A DNA stretch of 64,000 bases, from contig JAAILG010000030.1 of NCBI GenBank assembly GCA_012026655.1, forward strand, positions 1 to 64,000. Reading direction: 5' to 3'. Made by a program: the position numbers and the translations under genes. Source of the stretch: Hydrolagus affinis (Eukaryota). Positions within the stretch are counted from its first letter, which is position 1. Each line of letters starts with the position of its first letter. This document shows positions 62,745 through 64,000 of this stretch, piece after piece. Under the pieces are notes generated by a model. It was not told the DNA's origin, searched no databases, and saw only the letters and a program-made list of their open reading frames with translations.

Positions 62745-63502
62745 CAGGGTTGAATGTTATAGGCAGCTGCACGTAATATAATTGTTTTAAAAACATTCTG
62801 GAATATTAACCAAACAATATTTATCAGATATCCTTCAGTTAACTCTGGTACTTTTTAATAATCCAATACTTGACATCCCAATTTCGGTGCCCAGCCAATT
62901 CTCTTACATGCTTTAGTGGATCCTCCTGACGTGAAAAGCGTTATATAAATGTAAATTTGTACTGTATAACACGCTTATTTCTAAACATCTTAACAAGTAT
63001 ATTTTGCTGATTGAGCAGTATAAATGTAATGACCTCAGTATCCCAAATGACCATATGGATAGTTTTGCATGCCTCTGAGCTATACAACCCCTTTAGCCTA
63101 ATGCTTGCCTGTTAATTTGTGTTGTATTGTATTGCTTTAATGCTATGAGAGATTGTTGCTCAGTGAGATTGATCAACGGATCATGTTCAGTTTTTTCAGC
63201 AGAGGTTTGTGGCTTCATTCATTTCTTTTGTCAAAATGAAGAGGCCATTGACTTGCTTGTTGTAGCCTTCTGCTCGATTTTTGTGGATTCAGTCAGGTTT
63301 TGCAATACTTAACAGTGATCAATAAAGGGCAGATGGTAATGAAGAGCTACCTCTCAATGCAGAGCTGGGGAAATGGGACCTTGTTTAGCTGTATGGCTGC
63401 AGCAGTGGGTTTTCTTAGCAGATCAATAGCTTGTCTTGTCTGCCTAATTGCTCATTGGTTGACATTCATGGATTCTTTCTTAAAATGTAAACTCTTTTGC
63501 AG

Positions 63503-63586
63503 CTCGAGCGACGTGATGGTACAATACTGCATCTCCGTAAAGAGGTCCTCCAGTTGCAGGAGAAGAGGGATAGGCTAACATGTGAG
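63503..63586 (+). CDS. Coiled-coil protein gene, exon 9 (LERRDGTILHLRKEVLQLQEKRDRLTCE); gene continues beyond the window
   Basis: Acceptor ctcttttgcag|, donor GAG|gtattt, 84 nt, phase 0-0, heptad leucines, no stop codon reached. Confidence 0.88.
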
Positions 63587-64000
63587 GTATTTTAAATCTT
63601 TTCAATTTTATCTTTATTTCTTGGGGGAAAAAATGATTTACAAGAGAGAAATGTATTTGCGAGGGCTAAATGGATTAGGCTGATTTAAATCCAGAGTGTA
63701 AGGGACATCAATAGTATTGGCTTTGTTGCTCACTGCCACCATATTGGCTTCCTGAGGACTTGAGCACAGCCTCATAATATAAAGTATTTGTAATTCTGCC
63801 AATGTTTTCGTTTGCCTTTTTTAAAAATTTACTCGAGCATTGCGATAATAGAAGTAACATTTTGGTATCTAGAATTTTCAATGTAGTTGTTGGTAGTTGG
63901 ACATACAGGAGCAAAGGATTTACCAGCTGGAAGGAGAGCGAAAACAGGGAGTAACTGAACTGGAGAAAAAGCAGGGCTGTCTCCAGCAGCTGCAAAGGGA

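Noticed and set aside
80-63586. Assigning the gene symbol PMFBP1 or CCDC18
   Set aside because: Based only on recollection and coiled-coil character; no alignment could be run, so the symbol is left blank.

Overview
AT-rich vertebrate genomic DNA. The repeat set (L2 and CR1 LINE fragments, tRNA-headed Deu-domain SINEs, SacSINE1-like SINEs) points to a cartilaginous fish, probably a holocephalan such as Callorhinchus (inference). The six-frame ORF track is almost all noise or LINE debris. Reading splice sites by hand gives one + strand gene spanning the whole window: nine GT-AG exons (80-167, 2361-2515, 12034-12162, 17935-18018, 25058-25180, 30789-30856, 34358-34493, 47906-48052, 63503-63586). 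They join in frame into 338 uninterrupted codons of a long coiled-coil protein that continues past the window end. I cannot name the gene with confidence; a long non-mammalian PMFBP1/CCDC18-like protein is a guess. Its introns alternate between repeat-rich stretches and multi-kb stretches with no recognisable repeats that are rich in POU, homeodomain, TALE and RFX-like motifs and look like clusters of conserved non-coding elements. No rRNA, true tRNA, CRISPR array or intact transposon was found. I see no clear evidence of a wholly new biological system; the best leads are the gene, its candidate enhancer blocks and a few local structural oddities.
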